Assembly (NCBI GenBank): GCA_030264375.1
Contig: JASCQW010000032.1
Span: 4,119,376-4,183,375, forward strand
Reading direction: 5' to 3'
DNA from: Carcharhinus longimanus
Lineage: Eukaryota
DNA length: 64,000 nt
Shown: positions 1 through 12,829 of the stretch, piece after piece
How positions within the stretch are numbered: the stretch's first letter is position 1
How the letters are laid out: every line of letters starts with the position of its first letter
Notes under the pieces: model-generated
The model's input: only the letters and a program-made list of their open reading frames with translations
Told to the model about the DNA's origin: nothing
Database searches by the model: none
Position numbers and translations under genes: made by a program

Positions 1-68
1 TTTTGAACAAAGGTGTAACATTTGCAGCTCTCCAGTTATCTGGTTCCTGCATCACAGAGAGAATAGGT

Positions 69-527
69 GATACGGTGGTTAGCATTGCTGCCTCTCAGTG
101 CCAGGGACCTGGGTTCAATTCTAGCCTCGGGCTTTTGAAAAAGTTTGTGTTAGTGTCACAAGTAGGCTTACATTAATATTTCAATGAAGTTACTGTGAAA
201 ATCTCCTAGTTGTCACATTCTGGCGCCTGCTTGCATACATAAGGGAAAATTTAGCACGGCCAATCCACCTAGCCGCCACGTCTTTGGACTGGGTGACTGT
301 GTGAAGTTTGCATGTTCTTCCCCTGCATGGGTTTCCTCCAGGTGCTCCAGTTTCTTGCTACAGTCCAAAGATGTGTGGGTTAGGTTGATTGGCCATGCAA
401 AAGTGCCCCTTAGTGTTGGGGATTAGCAGGGTAAATATGTGTGTTTATGGGGATAGGGCCTGGGTGGGTTTGTTATTTCAGACTCGATGGTCAAGTGGCC
501 TCCTTCTGCACTGTAGGGGTTCTATTA
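69..527 (+). mobile_element. tRNA-derived HE1/V-SINE-type SINE interrupted by an antisense copy (~143-290)
   Basis: Head ggtggttagcattgctgcctc...gggttcaatt (A/B-box-like), core gtttgcatgttct...tccaaagatgtg, tail ggcctccttctgcactgtaggg; inner segment matches the reverse complement of the family. Confidence 0.8.
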
Positions 528-529
528 TA

Positions 530-1810
530 ATGGCCAGGGTCTACACAATTTCCACACACACTTCCCTTGGTATACTTCAATTCTGTATGTCCGATTCTGA
601 TTACTTACCAACTGTAACTACAGTCAGCCCATTGAATACTTCAATTTGTAAACCATGCAGTGTTTCAGTTACCTCCTATTTCACTATGACTTGGGCATCA
701 CCTTTCTTAATGATAGATGCAGAGCATTGAGTTAGTGTCTCAGCCATCTTATCTGTCCTGATGCGTAACTCCTCTTTCAAGTCCCCAATTAGCTATACTT
801 TCCTTTTACTATTTATATAAAAATAGACTTTCATATTACCCTTTTATATACATAGTCTCTGCTCATAACCTCTCTTTGCTTCTCATTTCTTTTTTCCTCT
901 CTTATATTTGGCATGATTCTCAATTGTAATGTTCTGATGTCTGTCATATGCATTATTTTTCTGCTTTGGATTTGTTTGCCTTACCTTTCCCCTTTGATGT
1001 ACACAAGCTATCTCCTCTTCTTGAAGACAGCTAATTGTTCTGTTACAATTTTGCCAGCCAGTTTTTTGATTGCAGTTAATCTGGGCTGGATCTGTTCCCT
1101 CCCCATTGNNNNNNNNNNNNNNNNNNNNNNNNNNNNNNNNNNNNNNNNNNNNNNNNNNNNNNNNNNNNNNNNNNNNNNNNNNNNNNNNNNNNNNNNNNNN
1201 NNNNNNNNGTTTTTTGATTGCATTTAATCTGGGCTGAATCTGTTCCCTCCCCATTGAAGTTAGCCCTTAATTAATCCTTTCTAACTCTGGATTGCTCCTT
1301 GTTCTTTTCCATTGCTGACCTAAACCTTATGATACACTGCTGATCACTGTCCTTCCTTGTTGGGCCAGAAACACAATTTAGAAAATACTCAACATCATTA
1401 ACTCTTTTCCTTTTCTATTCTTTGCACCAGTTGCAGATTTGTTTCCCTATATCTTTCTCATTAGATGATGGCTACAGTATACCCAGCAGTGTAATGGCAC
1501 TTCCACTGTTTCTCAACTCTAACCAAATAGATTCTGTCCTTGACCCTTCTGGGACATCATCTCCCTAGGATGTCTGTGATATTCTCATTAATCAATATTG
1601 CTACCCCTTCCATTTTCTTTTAGTCCCTAAATTTTTAGAAGACCTAATATCCTGGAATACTTAATACTCAGTCCTATCCTTTTTTTCAGTCAGGTCTCTG
1701 TTATCATCATGATACATTTCCACATGACCAACTGAACCTGCAGCTCACCTAGCTATTCACTGCACATGGTGTAATTGCATGCATGCACATTAACTTAATT
1801 TAGACCTTAA
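530..1810 (-). mobile_element. Old decayed CR1-type LINE fragments
   Basis: Pyrimidine-rich reverse-strand LINE-like sequence with no intact ORF; boundaries approximate. Confidence 0.5.
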
Positions 1811-1903
1811 ATCTTTAGGTCTTGTAACAGATATTTAACTGGAGAGTGTTGTATTGAGATAAATAATTGAGTGTATTAATTTCTTCTTCCATCCTCGAAA
1901 TAG

Positions 1904-2001
1904 GTCTCCTCCTTCCGGACCTGAAATTTATAGAGGCTTGTCTTCGATGTCTTCGCACAATATTGACAAGCCCTGTGACACCAGTGGAGGTACTCTATAC
2001 A
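1904..2001 (+). CDS. ARMC8: ARMC8 coding exon (~exon 5): (G)[32 protein letters not shown]
   Basis: tag acceptor 1901-1903, gtaagt donor; 98 nt; translation matches human ARMC8 [33 protein letters not shown] as recalled. Confidence 0.96.
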
Positions 2002-2079
2002 GTAAGTACAACATTTCAAATGCCTGAGTAGATTTTGTAGTTATTGTGTTTCTGTTTACAAGGGCATTTCAATTCTTTG

Positions 2080-2315
2080 AACATAGAATCTACAGTGCAG
2101 AAGGAGGCTATTTGGCCCATCAAGCCTGCACCAACAACAATCCCATCCTATCCCCCTAACCTCACATATTTGCCCTCTGACATAAGGCACAATTTATCAA
2201 GGCCAATCAACCTAACTTACACATCTTTGGACTGAGGGAGGAAACCGAAGCATCTGGAGGAAACTCACTCAGACACGGGGAGAATGTGCAAACTCCACAC
2301 TGTTACCCAAGGCTG
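2080..2315 (-). mobile_element. HE1/V-SINE-type SINE
   Basis: catagaatctacagtgcagaaggaggc tail and ggagaatgtgcaaactccacac core in reverse orientation. Confidence 0.8.
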
Positions 2316-2705
2316 GATGTCTTATTTAAAGACATTATTTTGTGATGAGACGCAAATTTTATTTTCCCCACTTGGTTCTTGTTTTTAACTAGTTTTTCCT
2401 TTGCTCCGTTCATTTAAACAGGAGTGCTTACCCAAAGGGTATAAGGCCACATGCACATCTCTAGAGGGCTTCTGTTGCATTGCCTCTTGCTGGCTGACAT
2501 AGCAGCAAAATTGTTGCCTGCTTTTAGCTATAAGTAATGTAGTGCTCCTTACAATCAACTAGCAAGGAATAAGAAACTGAGGTGGAGGGAGTGAGGGAAC
2601 GTGCACCCTGTCAAATTTATTGGTGTGTTGGAAGTTTCAGGAAACCCAGTTATTTCTTAAAGATATACAGTATTTTAATTTTTTTTGTTTTGATACTGTC
2701 CCTAG

Positions 2706-2798
2706 GATGTTACTGTGGTTCCACATCTCATGTCCTTGCTCAGTAGATCTCGATATACACAGGAGTACATCTGTCAGATTTTCTCCCATTGCTGCAAG
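2706..2798 (+). CDS. ARMC8: ARMC8 exon (~6): [31 protein letters not shown]
   Basis: cctag acceptor, gtaaga donor; 93 nt, phase 0/0; in frame with neighbouring exons. Confidence 0.96.
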
Positions 2799-3324
2799 GT
2801 AAGAGAGTTTAATAGAAATAGTGAATTTTGTTTGTAAAGACACACAAACTGAAAAATCTTCAAGTGTCATTGCTGACATTTTAACTGTAATCTCAAAGTC
2901 TGTCATAAATCATTTTAATTATTGTGTTAAACCATATATAATGAACCTGTAACACATTTGACAAAATAGTGTGAACATGTGTTCTTGGAAAAGCACGTGC
3001 AAGCACTTGTAGCTTCAATTTACTCCACAGGAATCTGTGATCTTTTCTTTTTATTTGTGCTTTACTTCACTGAAATTGTGAAGGAATCAAAGGATTTTAC
3101 ATAAGTTTGTTTCAGCCCAGGGACCGATCTGCAGGTGATGGGATGAAACTTAATTTGACCAATTTCAACTGACGACAGAATAGCAGCACAAGTTTGTCCA
3201 ATTCAACAAAATGGGTGTCCTTTTTAGTGAGAGGTTTAGGTGGGGAGAAACACTAGTGGAGGAAAATAATCTAAGGACAGGAGTAAGGCATATTGGGGAG
3301 AAGTAACTTCATCCTTCATGTTTT

Positions 3325-3615
3325 AAGTTTATTTATTTTTTAGTGTCACAAGTAGGCTTACATTAACATGGCAATGTGAAAATCCCCTAGTCGCCACACT
3401 TTGGTGCCTGTTCAGGTATGTTGAGGGAGAATTTAGTGTGGCCAATCTATCTAACCCACAAGTTTTTGGACTGAGAGAGGAAACTGGAACCCCCGGAGGA
3501 AACCCACACAGATACAGGGAGAATGTGCAGCCTCCTCACAGTCATGCAACCTGGGAATTGAACCTGGGTCCCTGGTGCTGAGAGGCAGCAGTGTTAACCA
3601 CTGTCCCACCATACC
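3325..3615 (-). mobile_element. V-SINE-type SINE, near full length, with alternative 3' tail
   Basis: aagtttattt...tagtgtcacaagtaggcttacattaac tail; head ggaattgaacctgggtccctgg...aggcagcagtgttaaccactg in reverse. Confidence 0.8.
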
Positions 3616-4750
3616 AGCCGGTGGCCTGTTTTGTACTCATTTTGGCGTATTTATTTGCTGCCAAAAATAGGACAATATTTCATTTTTCACCTAGATGTAA
3701 GGTATTTAATTTTGGGTGGAATAGATGAACCCCACTTGGTCACACTTTTGGATTTTGACGCCAAGTATTCTCAGCTTTAATTTCACTGCTCACTCTGGAA
3801 GCTGACCTTTTTTCCCTACTCACTGGAAGATGCTGTAGATTGACGAATAGCAAGATAAATGTAACTTGACCCACCAGCTGGGCAAAGAACCTTTGGCACT
3901 GTACTCTGATTAGAATGTGTCATAAGCCTGATCATCTTGACTTTAGAAGACAGAAGAATGTGTATCAGATTAGTGATTGTGTAGAAACCCAAATTGATAA
4001 AAAATTTAATAAATAAAATGTATTTAACTTTAAAGTCAATGATCGGAATTGGGACAAACCTTTATTTATCTCCTATATTTTTGCTAGCTTCCCATGGAGA
4101 TGAAGTCAGCCATATTTATTATCCAGAATAGTAAAATTAATATTATCCAGTGTTTCTCAGTCACAACATTCAGAAGTTTAGCTTAAACAAATATGGATGC
4201 TGCTTCATAGACATCGTTACTTGGATATTTCTTTCAGCTTGGAAAATTAAAAATCTGGCTTTAATTCTGAGGTTTGTGACCGGTGAAAAGGAATCCAGTA
4301 AAAAAAAAACCATTATAACAAAAGTGTGTCAATTTGTCATCACCCTACACAGGTGGGGGGAAGAATTACCATTCTTCCTTCAGCAACTCCATACAGTTTT
4401 GACATCTGAAGAATTCAAGGAAGCATCATGTGGTGCTCAAGCATTTGCTGCAGATGTGCCTTCCGATTAGTTGCTTGTACAGGAACTTCTGACTGTGTGG
4501 GATTATAATTGCCACCGTTTACAGTTTCAAGCAGATTGTTGCGTCTACTCCGTTGACGTATTTTGGGCAGTGGTACAAATTTAGGTTCTCAGTAATCTTG
4601 AGGTTTGTGGAGATCTCTGAAGTGAAGTTCATGAAGTATGTTGACCTGAATCTGAGAAGCCCTCGGACAAAGTAGGTTTTCCTTCCTCTCTCAAACCTTC
4701 ACTACCCAGTGGAAAGCCATTTGTATTTGCTTTCAAGTTGATTTTAATGA

Positions 4751-5047
4751 GGGCGGCACAGTGGCCAGCACTGCTGCCTTATAGCGCCAGGGACCCAGGT
4801 TCAATTTCTGCCTCGAATCACTGTCTGTGTGGCGTTTGCACATTCTCTCTGCTTCTGAATGGGTTTCTTCCAGATGCTCCAGTTCCCTTCCACAGTCCAA
4901 AGATGTGCTGGTTAGGTTAATTGGCCATGTGAAATTGCCCCTTAGTGTTAGGGGGACTAGCAGGGTCAAATATTGGGGTTATGAGGATAGGGTGGGTTTG
5001 TTGTTGGTGATGGGCTAAATGGCCTCCTTCTGCACTGTAGGGATTCT
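4751..5047 (+). mobile_element. HE1/V-SINE-type SINE, full length
   Basis: gggcggcacagtgg head, B-box-like ggttcaatt, tail tggcctccttctgcactgtagggattct. Confidence 0.85.
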
Positions 5048-6371
5048 GTGCTTAAGTGACTTAGTAAATGTCTTCAGGCATTTCAGAAATGCAGAAGATT
5101 GTGCCTGAGGGAATGATTGAAGACACCATTGAAAATGTAGAATTTGAGGAAGTTTTTCTAAGTTTTGGGAGCAATGTAAGGAGAAGATTTGAGCTGAGGG
5201 TGCAAATGTTTGAAAACGTATTGGTTTCAAATAACGCAAGGGAGGGTAATACAAAGCAAATGTTGACACAGAGGGCTCGGATTCTGTAGTTTGGATAGGA
5301 CAGAAATCCAAACTTTCCATGGTATATTGGAAGGTATTGGATATTGGAAGGCCATGGAAGGATTTATGCAAGATAGGATGTAGCCAGCATTTGAGAGAGC
5401 TGAAATGTACGGCAGGATGGAACATGGCAGATTAGAGAATACAGAAGAAGCTGAAGCTGTGTGTGATGAAGATGGAGGTGGGGCAGTCATGGTACAGGTT
5501 GAAATAAACAGAAGTATATTGGATAGAATTTGGTGCTTTGAAGTTCAACCAAGTGTTAAAAGTAAGAATGTGGTTGCTTGCAGTTGGGTTGAGTCATACA
5601 AAAAGTGGATAGAGTTGAGATTTTGGGTGCAAAGTTATTTCTGGGAGTTGAATATATGTTAGGCATGGATGGATGCAGTACCATAGATATTGAGAATTTG
5701 ATTTTCTGTTTATCTGTTTTGACTCGATTTGGGCAATACCTGTTTTTGGCACTTGCCTTTAGTGCATTGAGGGTCCCATAAATCTCAACCATCTCTGCTG
5801 CATATTCCATGTTACAATTTTGACTTTCTTCCAACAATTTTAATGTCTTCACAAAACAAAGNNNNNCTTTCAAAACTTTGGTGTTGTGAATTGAATAGCA
5901 TATCACAGAGTAGGCCCTGCCCTTTTACTGTGATATTACAGACCAGAGACCAGTTGAGCAGCCTATTTGTGCAGTTCAAAAGGCAATAATTATCCGGGTT
6001 GAATCAAGGCTTAAAATAATACTAGATTCATTTGCAAGCAACATAATTGCACAAAAATAGGTGCAGCAATGTACCAGTAATACAATATCTGATAAGATGT
6101 AGTCAAACATCTTGGATGAAATAAGTGTGATCCAGTGACTTGGCTCATATAAAATTGTATTCTCATCTTTGAAACCCAAGTATATGTAGTTGTAGGCCAG
6201 ATGGGTTTTCCAGCATGATAAGGTATCAAATTATTAATCATTGTTACCATTTTGGTATACAGAGGTTTCTTAATGAATTAGATTTTAAGACCTTGAGTGT
6301 GAATATTTCCCCAGTCAACAAATTTAAGTTAATGGTTAACCAGTTGCGTTAACAGTTTTCCAAATGTTCTA

Positions 6372-6558
6372 GTTGGCGGGATGTTTTGGTGCCGGTGACC
6401 CGGGGGAAGGGGGATGATGGGTGACGGGGGTGGCTGCACTGAAAGTGAAATCCTATTGACAGCAGTGGGACCAGAAGATCCCATTGCCAGCTGATGGTGG
6501 GCTGCTTCTACTGCCTCAAGATGCACCACCGGGGGGAATGTGGAAAATCCCACCAAAC
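6372..6558. mobile_element. Non-autonomous DNA transposon (MITE) with terminal inverted repeats
   Basis: Left gttggcgggatgtttt and right aaaatcccaccaaac are inverted; body is homologous (opposite orientation) to 46965-47141. Confidence 0.6.
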
Positions 6559-8042
6559 ATCTCAAAAGGGATTGAGCTGGCTATTTCATAATCCTGCAAC
6601 AAAATTAATTTGCAATTATGGGAAATATTACCAAACAAAGGAAATTAGTTGAACCAGATTATTCTCATCGAAAAACCTACCTTGACAATTTTATCTGCTG
6701 GCTGTTCATGAAGTAAAGAAGCTGCATGTTTAGAAACAACAGGAAATATTTTTTCCTCCACATTTGTTTGTCAACCTACGGTCATGCAAAATGATACAAT
6801 TTGGAAGTTTTCCCTATTTGATGCAAATCAAAGTTCTGCTTCTGTTGTACCTTGGCTCAGTTTGGATTGCATCTGCATTCAGAAGGGGGAAGCTAATGGT
6901 GTTCTCTGGTACTTGAAGTAAGCACTGTTCGTTAGGTCTGTTGACTAATGCAATGGCATCAGCCCATTGCTGCCTCTACTTGCACAGTGTCAGATCTGAT
7001 TCAGAATTGCCAAATAAGGATGATTACATCCCACCTCCTTTCGTTTTCTCCTCCTCACTTCCACGATACAACATAATGCTTCTGAATACTTTTAAGCTTC
7101 AAGTTGGAAAGATAAATTGTGGAGAACTAATAAGAGTGCTTGTTGAGAGGAAATCCCTAGGCATAGTAAGAGGAATTAAGATTGGGCCAATTCTGTTCTG
7201 GAAGAAGTTAGTGTGGTGGATTGTGTGATGCTTTGGGAGAGGAAATTGTGATTTATAAGCAATGGCAGTGAGTTAGTGTCTTCTGGTCGATTAACATGGA
7301 TTCTAGTGTAAAACAAAAGCTCAATATTATACTTTCCAATTATTAATCACTAACTGGATTTATTTTACATTATACGTTTCCAGTTTATACTTGGTTGTGT
7401 TTAATTGTATTTGTTTTCTACAGCTCAGTTTATGGCAGTTCTGAGTCTGAGTTGAACGCCCAATTTTATAATTTAACAATGAGTACTGGCTGTTTCTGAG
7501 TACTTCTTTTTATTTGCGTGCTATTACTGATTAAATTTAACTACAGCATTAGATTGTTGCACCCCATGACCTGGCAGTAATTCTCATGGTAAAGCGATGA
7601 GCTTTTACCATCTTTTCAATCATCAGATATTTAAAATTCAAACTTAATGCTGCTTGTTCACCATCTCCTAATTTACTTTGTCTTCTCCTTTGCCCATCTG
7701 TCTGCATTTCTGACTAAATCAAGTCAATAAGAAGAACTTGAAGTTGCTATTGTGTTGCTTTTAATCTTTGTTATTGACTGGCCCTTTGCTGTAGCTTCAT
7801 TTTTAAAATAATAGTTCAGCTATTTTTAAGTTTATTGTTGACATAATGTAAGGAATATTGTTTTAATGACATTTTTATCCTTTCAATCCAAACTAAAAAT
7901 GGGCTATATATGCCCTTCAAGTCTTAACCATATAGTTGTGTTTAATATGTGGATGATACTTTTTCCTGTTTTCCCTCTCTAAACTTTGCTTTGGCAAGTG
8001 AAGTGGAACAGAAATATTATATTGCCTCTTTGTCTTTGTTAG

Positions 8043-8123
8043 ACTCCGGAGCACCAGGCTGTGTTGTTCACCCATGGTGCAGTTCAGAACATTGCCCATC
8101 TACTGACTTCATCTTCATACAAA
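8043..8123 (+). CDS. ARMC8: ARMC8 exon (~7): [27 protein letters not shown]
   Basis: ttag acceptor, gtaagt donor; 81 nt; [13 protein letters not shown] motif. Confidence 0.95.
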
Positions 8124-8431
8124 GTAAGTGCTTGAAAATTATGTAGACAAGAAATATTTGGTAAAGATATTTTAAGTTTGGCCAAGAGCCCTAGAGTAAG
8201 AATTTGTGTACTGCACTCTAACAGAAATGTCCAATTTTTTGAAGAACAGTTTTGTTTTTGAAAGCAAACATTCTTTTGAATTATCTCTTAATGATCAAAG
8301 CTTTTTTTGGTGTATCTTTGTCTATTACCTGTGCTGTTCAACAGCATTCTAGGAAAATGTCAAACTGTTTCAAATGATGCTAGAGAACCAGCTAGGGGAA
8401 GCAGTCAGGATTTTATACATTTCAAAGAGAC

Positions 8432-8715
8432 TCCCTCTCGTTCAAATGAATACAGATCTAGTTAACCCAATCTCTGCTCGTATGACAATCCTGCCACGCC
8501 AGGAATCAGCCTGGTGAACCTTTGTTGTACTCCCTCTATGGCAAGTATATCCTTTCTTAAGTAAGGAGACCAAAACTACACAGCATACTCCAGATATTGA
8601 TCCACCAGGACCTTGTACAGCTGCAGTAAGACACCCTTGCACCTGTACTTAAATCCTCTTGCAATGAAGGCCAGCATATCATGTGCCTTCCTAACTGCTT
8701 GCTGCACTAGTATGC
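8432..8715 (-). mobile_element. CR1-type LINE, ORF2 C-terminal fragment
   Basis: Reverse strand resembles decayed EYAV.FWSPYLRKDILAIEGVQ..FTRLIPG. Confidence 0.75.
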
Positions 8716-9090
8716 AATGAGCTGAAGTAACAGTGGAGGTGGAAAAAGTTAGCTCTTACGATGCAGGGAGTATTGGGTCTGACATTTAGTGCAAGGTTAA
8801 TCGAATAGGATGTTGAGGTTGCAAATAGTTTACTGTAACCTACAGTGGCCAATTAGAGGGATTGAGTTGGTGATGACAGCTTCCCAGTGTTAAGCTTGAT
8901 GAAAGTGTCCTTTCTAAGACTGTATGTTTGGCAAGAGAGATATTGTGAAGTAGCTGGAGAGGCAGAGCTGGGCCCTACCAGCATAAATGTGAAAAGTGAA
9001 CTTCAAAACTTTTTATAGCTTAATCTTAAACTGTCTTAAATGTAAATATATTGATAATTGAAGTATTTATTCAATTTTGTTTCTCAATAG

Positions 9091-9166
9091 GTTCAGATGC
9101 AAGCATTAAAATGCTTTTCAGTCTTGGCTTATGAAAATCCACAAGTTTCTTTGACTCTTGTAAATG
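9091..9166 (+). CDS. ARMC8: ARMC8 exon (~8): VQMQALKCFSVLAYENPQVSLTLVN(V)
   Basis: caatag acceptor, gtgagt donor; 76 nt, ends phase 1. Confidence 0.96.
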
Positions 9167-9775
9167 GTGAGTAGTGTATTTTGTTGAGTTCCTTTGTCTG
9201 CTTTTTTTTCTCTGTTCTATATCTTTTCCAGAAGCATGACTTGTTACATTTTGCATAACTAGAATTTATATGGAATCAAGTGTGTAAGTTGAACCTTGTG
9301 TTTTTATAGAGCTATAACCATGGTACCTAGCATTTTAGTAGAATATTTTTCACGGGGCTATTCAGTCAGGTACTAGCCTGATGTCTTAAGTAGTTTTGTT
9401 CTTACAAATTTTGATAAACCAATTTTACAAAAGAAGTTTAAAATCAATTCAGTCTGCTTTCCCTCTACATGAACATTCTTTGTCTGAAGTAATGTTTATT
9501 TTGGTGATCAGAGGCACCCTCTGCTGTTCTAGGCCTGTGATTGCAATAATATTGCTATTCTATCCTTTTTAGGATTCAAAGCCACAGGTGATTTTCATAT
9601 TAGTATTTGATTGGGCTTTATTAGCTGATATTTGTTTATTTTTGTTTAAGTATGATTAATCCAACATTTGCTGTTTCCGTCAGTGAAGTAAAAGCTGCTA
9701 CAAAACCAATGCAAACATCCTCTGTCAAAGGTTTTGCTTGCAACTTCTCCAATGATTCATATTTTTCTGTTTTAG

Positions 9776-9866
9776 TGTTGGTGGATGGTGAGTTATTACC
9801 CCAAGTATTTGTGAAGATGATGCAGAGGGATAAACCTATTGAAATGCAGCTGACATCTGCAAAATG
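9776..9866 (+). CDS. ARMC8: ARMC8 exon (~9): (V)[29 protein letters not shown](C)
   Basis: tttag acceptor, weak gtacct donor; 91 nt, phase 1/2; peptide visible in ORF 9652..9939. Confidence 0.95.
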
Positions 9867-10131
9867 GTACCTATTCATTTTTTTCATTACTGACATTTTG
9901 TTAAAGGTGCATATCTTGCCACTTACATTAAATAGGTAAATTGCTTCCACAACTTTAGATCACAGCTGTTCCAAACATTATGGTTTATGGTATAATATTT
10001 GAGGATATTTGCTTTGTTCTTAATATGTCAGCGGAGTTTATTGTCTACTCGATATAATTAATGAACACAAAATAAATGCTGAACGTTCCAATTATTTCTG
10101 TAAGTTACATTACAATTTTATTATTTTACAG

Positions 10132-10192
10132 TTTGACTTACATGTGCAGGGCTGGTGCAATCCGGACAGATGATAACAGTATAGTTTTAAAG
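10132..10192 (+). CDS. ARMC8: ARMC8 exon (~10): (C)LTYMCRAGAIRTDDNSIVLK
   Basis: tacag acceptor, gttggt donor; 61 nt, phase 2/0. Confidence 0.95.
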
Positions 10193-10230
10193 GTTGGTAT
10201 GAGGTTTCAACAGTACAATCAACCTGTTTG

Positions 10231-10280
10231 CTCTCTCTCTCTCTCACTCTCTCTCTTTCCCTCCCCCACCCTCCCTTCAA
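10231..10280 (+). repeat. (CT)n microsatellite / pyrimidine tract
   Basis: ctctctctctctctcactctctctctttccc. Confidence 0.85.
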
Positions 10281-10740
10281 TATCTCAGCTGTAGTCAGAA
10301 CCACAGCTGAGATATTGTACAAGAAAAACATTCTTCTTCAGTGTGACGAAAAATCCGAGTATCCACATTGGGGAAAGAAGTGATGAGTAGAAATCACTTG
10401 ATTCCTATTGAGAAAATTCTGTTGAAGTAAGGCTGCTTCAAGATGTTCCATCTTGTTTCAGAATCCAGGATGATGATGTTCCATGTTTTCTTGCTGTTTT
10501 TCTTCTTCACAGTAATTATTAGGCAAGTTAAGCTGTATAGTTGAGTCAGTTATTCTTTGTCTTGCTTAAGAACAATTTGGATCTGAAGCAAGCACCAGGG
10601 ATTGCAGTTGGAGGAGGGTTTCAGCAGAATGCACCCATGGGTGCAAATAAATGCACTCTTATTTCATAAGCTACTACCATTCAGTAGACAGTTTTTGCTT
10701 TTTATCTTTCCATTTTAACAAACAAACTCTTCAAGTTCAC

Positions 10741-11347
10741 AGGGACGTTTCTCCCAATCGCTTTTTCCACCCTCCGCCAGGAGTGGTTCACTCCACTGGG
10801 GTTTACAATAGCTCCCCACTAATAGGGAAATAGCGGCTGACCCTGCAGGAGTAAANNNNNNNNNNNNNNNNNNNNNNNNNNNNNNNNNNNNNNNNNNNNN
10901 TACTATCAAATAAATCGGTTGGACTTAAACCTGGTGTTGTCAGACTTTTCACTGTGTTTACCCCAGTCCAACACGGCACATCCACATCATTAAGATCAGT
11001 AGCAGAGAAGGGAGGACAGTGATTACGGTTGGCCCAGACACACATGGGAGGCCAGTGATTGGGAGGTGGAGGGTGTCAGAGATGCAGCGATTGGGAGGTT
11101 GGCAGTACGGGGCTACTGCGCATGCTCCAATTTCTGTCCTGACAGATTGGCGCATGTACAGAGGCCCACTCAGTGCAATGCTGTCGGCTTCCCTCATGGG
11201 AATAGTCCCCCCCACCCTGGATTTTTATCGTGATTCACGCTGAGGCACTGTGCAGTACTCAGTGTCAGAGATTCATTTTGCAAATGAGTTACTCCAGTTT
11301 TTACACAAATTCAGCACTTCGATGTTCTTTGGGAGAATCCCAGCCCC
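10741..11347. mobile_element. MITE-like element (GGG...TTCTCCCAA termini) carrying a nested Penelope-type end at ~10901-10990
   Basis: Left gggacgtttctcccaa and right ttgggagaatcccagccc are imperfect inverted ends; nested aaataaatcggttggacttaaacctggtgttgt...ccagtccaacacggcacatccacatca is shared with 53107-53158. Confidence 0.55.
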
Positions 11348-12829
11348 CATGTATATGCCATGTAAATGAATATGCCCAGTGGAGTTACTATTACTCGTTT
11401 TTATTTACTAATCAGAAATACAATTGACCATTTCTGGAATTCCAATTAGCTGCAGTGTGGCTTGGAGCCTAATGTACCTATTAAAGCTAAATTAGGTACC
11501 TCCTGTACCTAATAAAGAAAAATACACTGCCTCAGCATGCAATTCCTGTTGGTTTTTTTGCTTTCCTTTTATAAATTTAAGTCTGTGTTTTTACTGGAAT
11601 CCATATTCCAATTATGATGTGAATGCAGAGCCTCTGACAGGAATGAAGGTGGGCGACCGTTATGGAATGATCAGTATCTGTCTTTTAATGGTACATCTTC
11701 ATTCTATCACTGGAGACCCTCTGGCTTGCACGGTTTGCCCCAGAGATTTTGCTTGGAGGATCAAGTGTTTGTGAATTCTGTTTTGTTCAGCAACGATGTG
11801 TGGTATCTTATCCGTGGCTCACATGTCTGTGTTTGCTGTGGTCACTTCTCCAGGCAATGGGGACCCTTTTGCATATATCTTGTGTCAATTGCCTAAGGAA
11901 GTTGTATTTAGCCACTTGTAAATAGAGTATGAAACAAGACCATTGGTTCTTTACAACCTCTAGAACCATATACGCAGTCTGGAAAGACTTCTGCAGATGT
12001 CAGATACAGAACAATAATGCAGTTTAAATACTGCTGAGGAATATGGACACTAGGCTATTCCATTGTACCTTTTCTTACGAGACAAAGAATAGCTACTAAA
12101 AATATATAAGTACAGGGCAGTATGGTCTACCTGTATCTTTCTGCACAAACCACTGGAGTTGAGAACTGTGGTTGGCGACCACCTTGTAAGTTTGGTCATG
12201 TGATATTGTAACCACAGTGATGCCTGAGCAGGTGACACCTGCATGTGTTACTGTTTTTCTATCCCTGCTTCTGTGCACTTTGGTTTGGCCTCAACTTCTT
12301 TGTAAAGGTGAACGCTCTGAATTGGGGACCTCAGTCATAGCTGATCAGTACTTGAATGTCACATGCCTAAACTGTCAGGTTGGACCAAACAAATTGAGAG
12401 ATTGGGGAGATTGTTTGGAGCAGTTGTTTGGACGTTTCTCAAAGGCAAGTCATCCCAAACTTTGCTCTGCACCAGTTTTTTTTTTGAAGCAGTTCTGAGA
12501 TTTTTCATACAGTGATGAAAATTACATTTCATGGGGCCACTTGGCATCTTTTGCCAGTGTTTGTTTTTGCTCCTGTAACCCATCCCCTTCAGATTTTTTT
12601 TACATTTCTTTTCAAATATTTGTTCCACTTCAAAGGGTGATCTGGTCTCTACCTTGATGGTCACTCAAGTGCATTGTGTGGTTCAAATTGTTCTCCATTC
12701 AAGAATCCTCCTCCCATTCCCCTTGTTTCCTCCAATTTTCCCCTCTTTTCTGAACCTATTTTCTCCTCAGCCCTCACCCCAACCTTGACCGTGTACCATT
12801 TTCCTTTCAGATACCCAAGAACTGCAGCC

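Noticed and set aside
1060-1256. Direct repeat gttttttgattgca..taatctgggctg.atctgttccctccccattg on both sides of a 100-N gap
   Set aside because: Looks like unmerged overlapping contig ends (allelic variants), not a real tandem duplication.
4751-4810. tRNA gene-like A/B boxes (also at 69-125 and 35415-35488)
   Set aside because: They continue directly into SINE bodies and no complete cloverleaf is evident; SINE heads, not tRNA genes.
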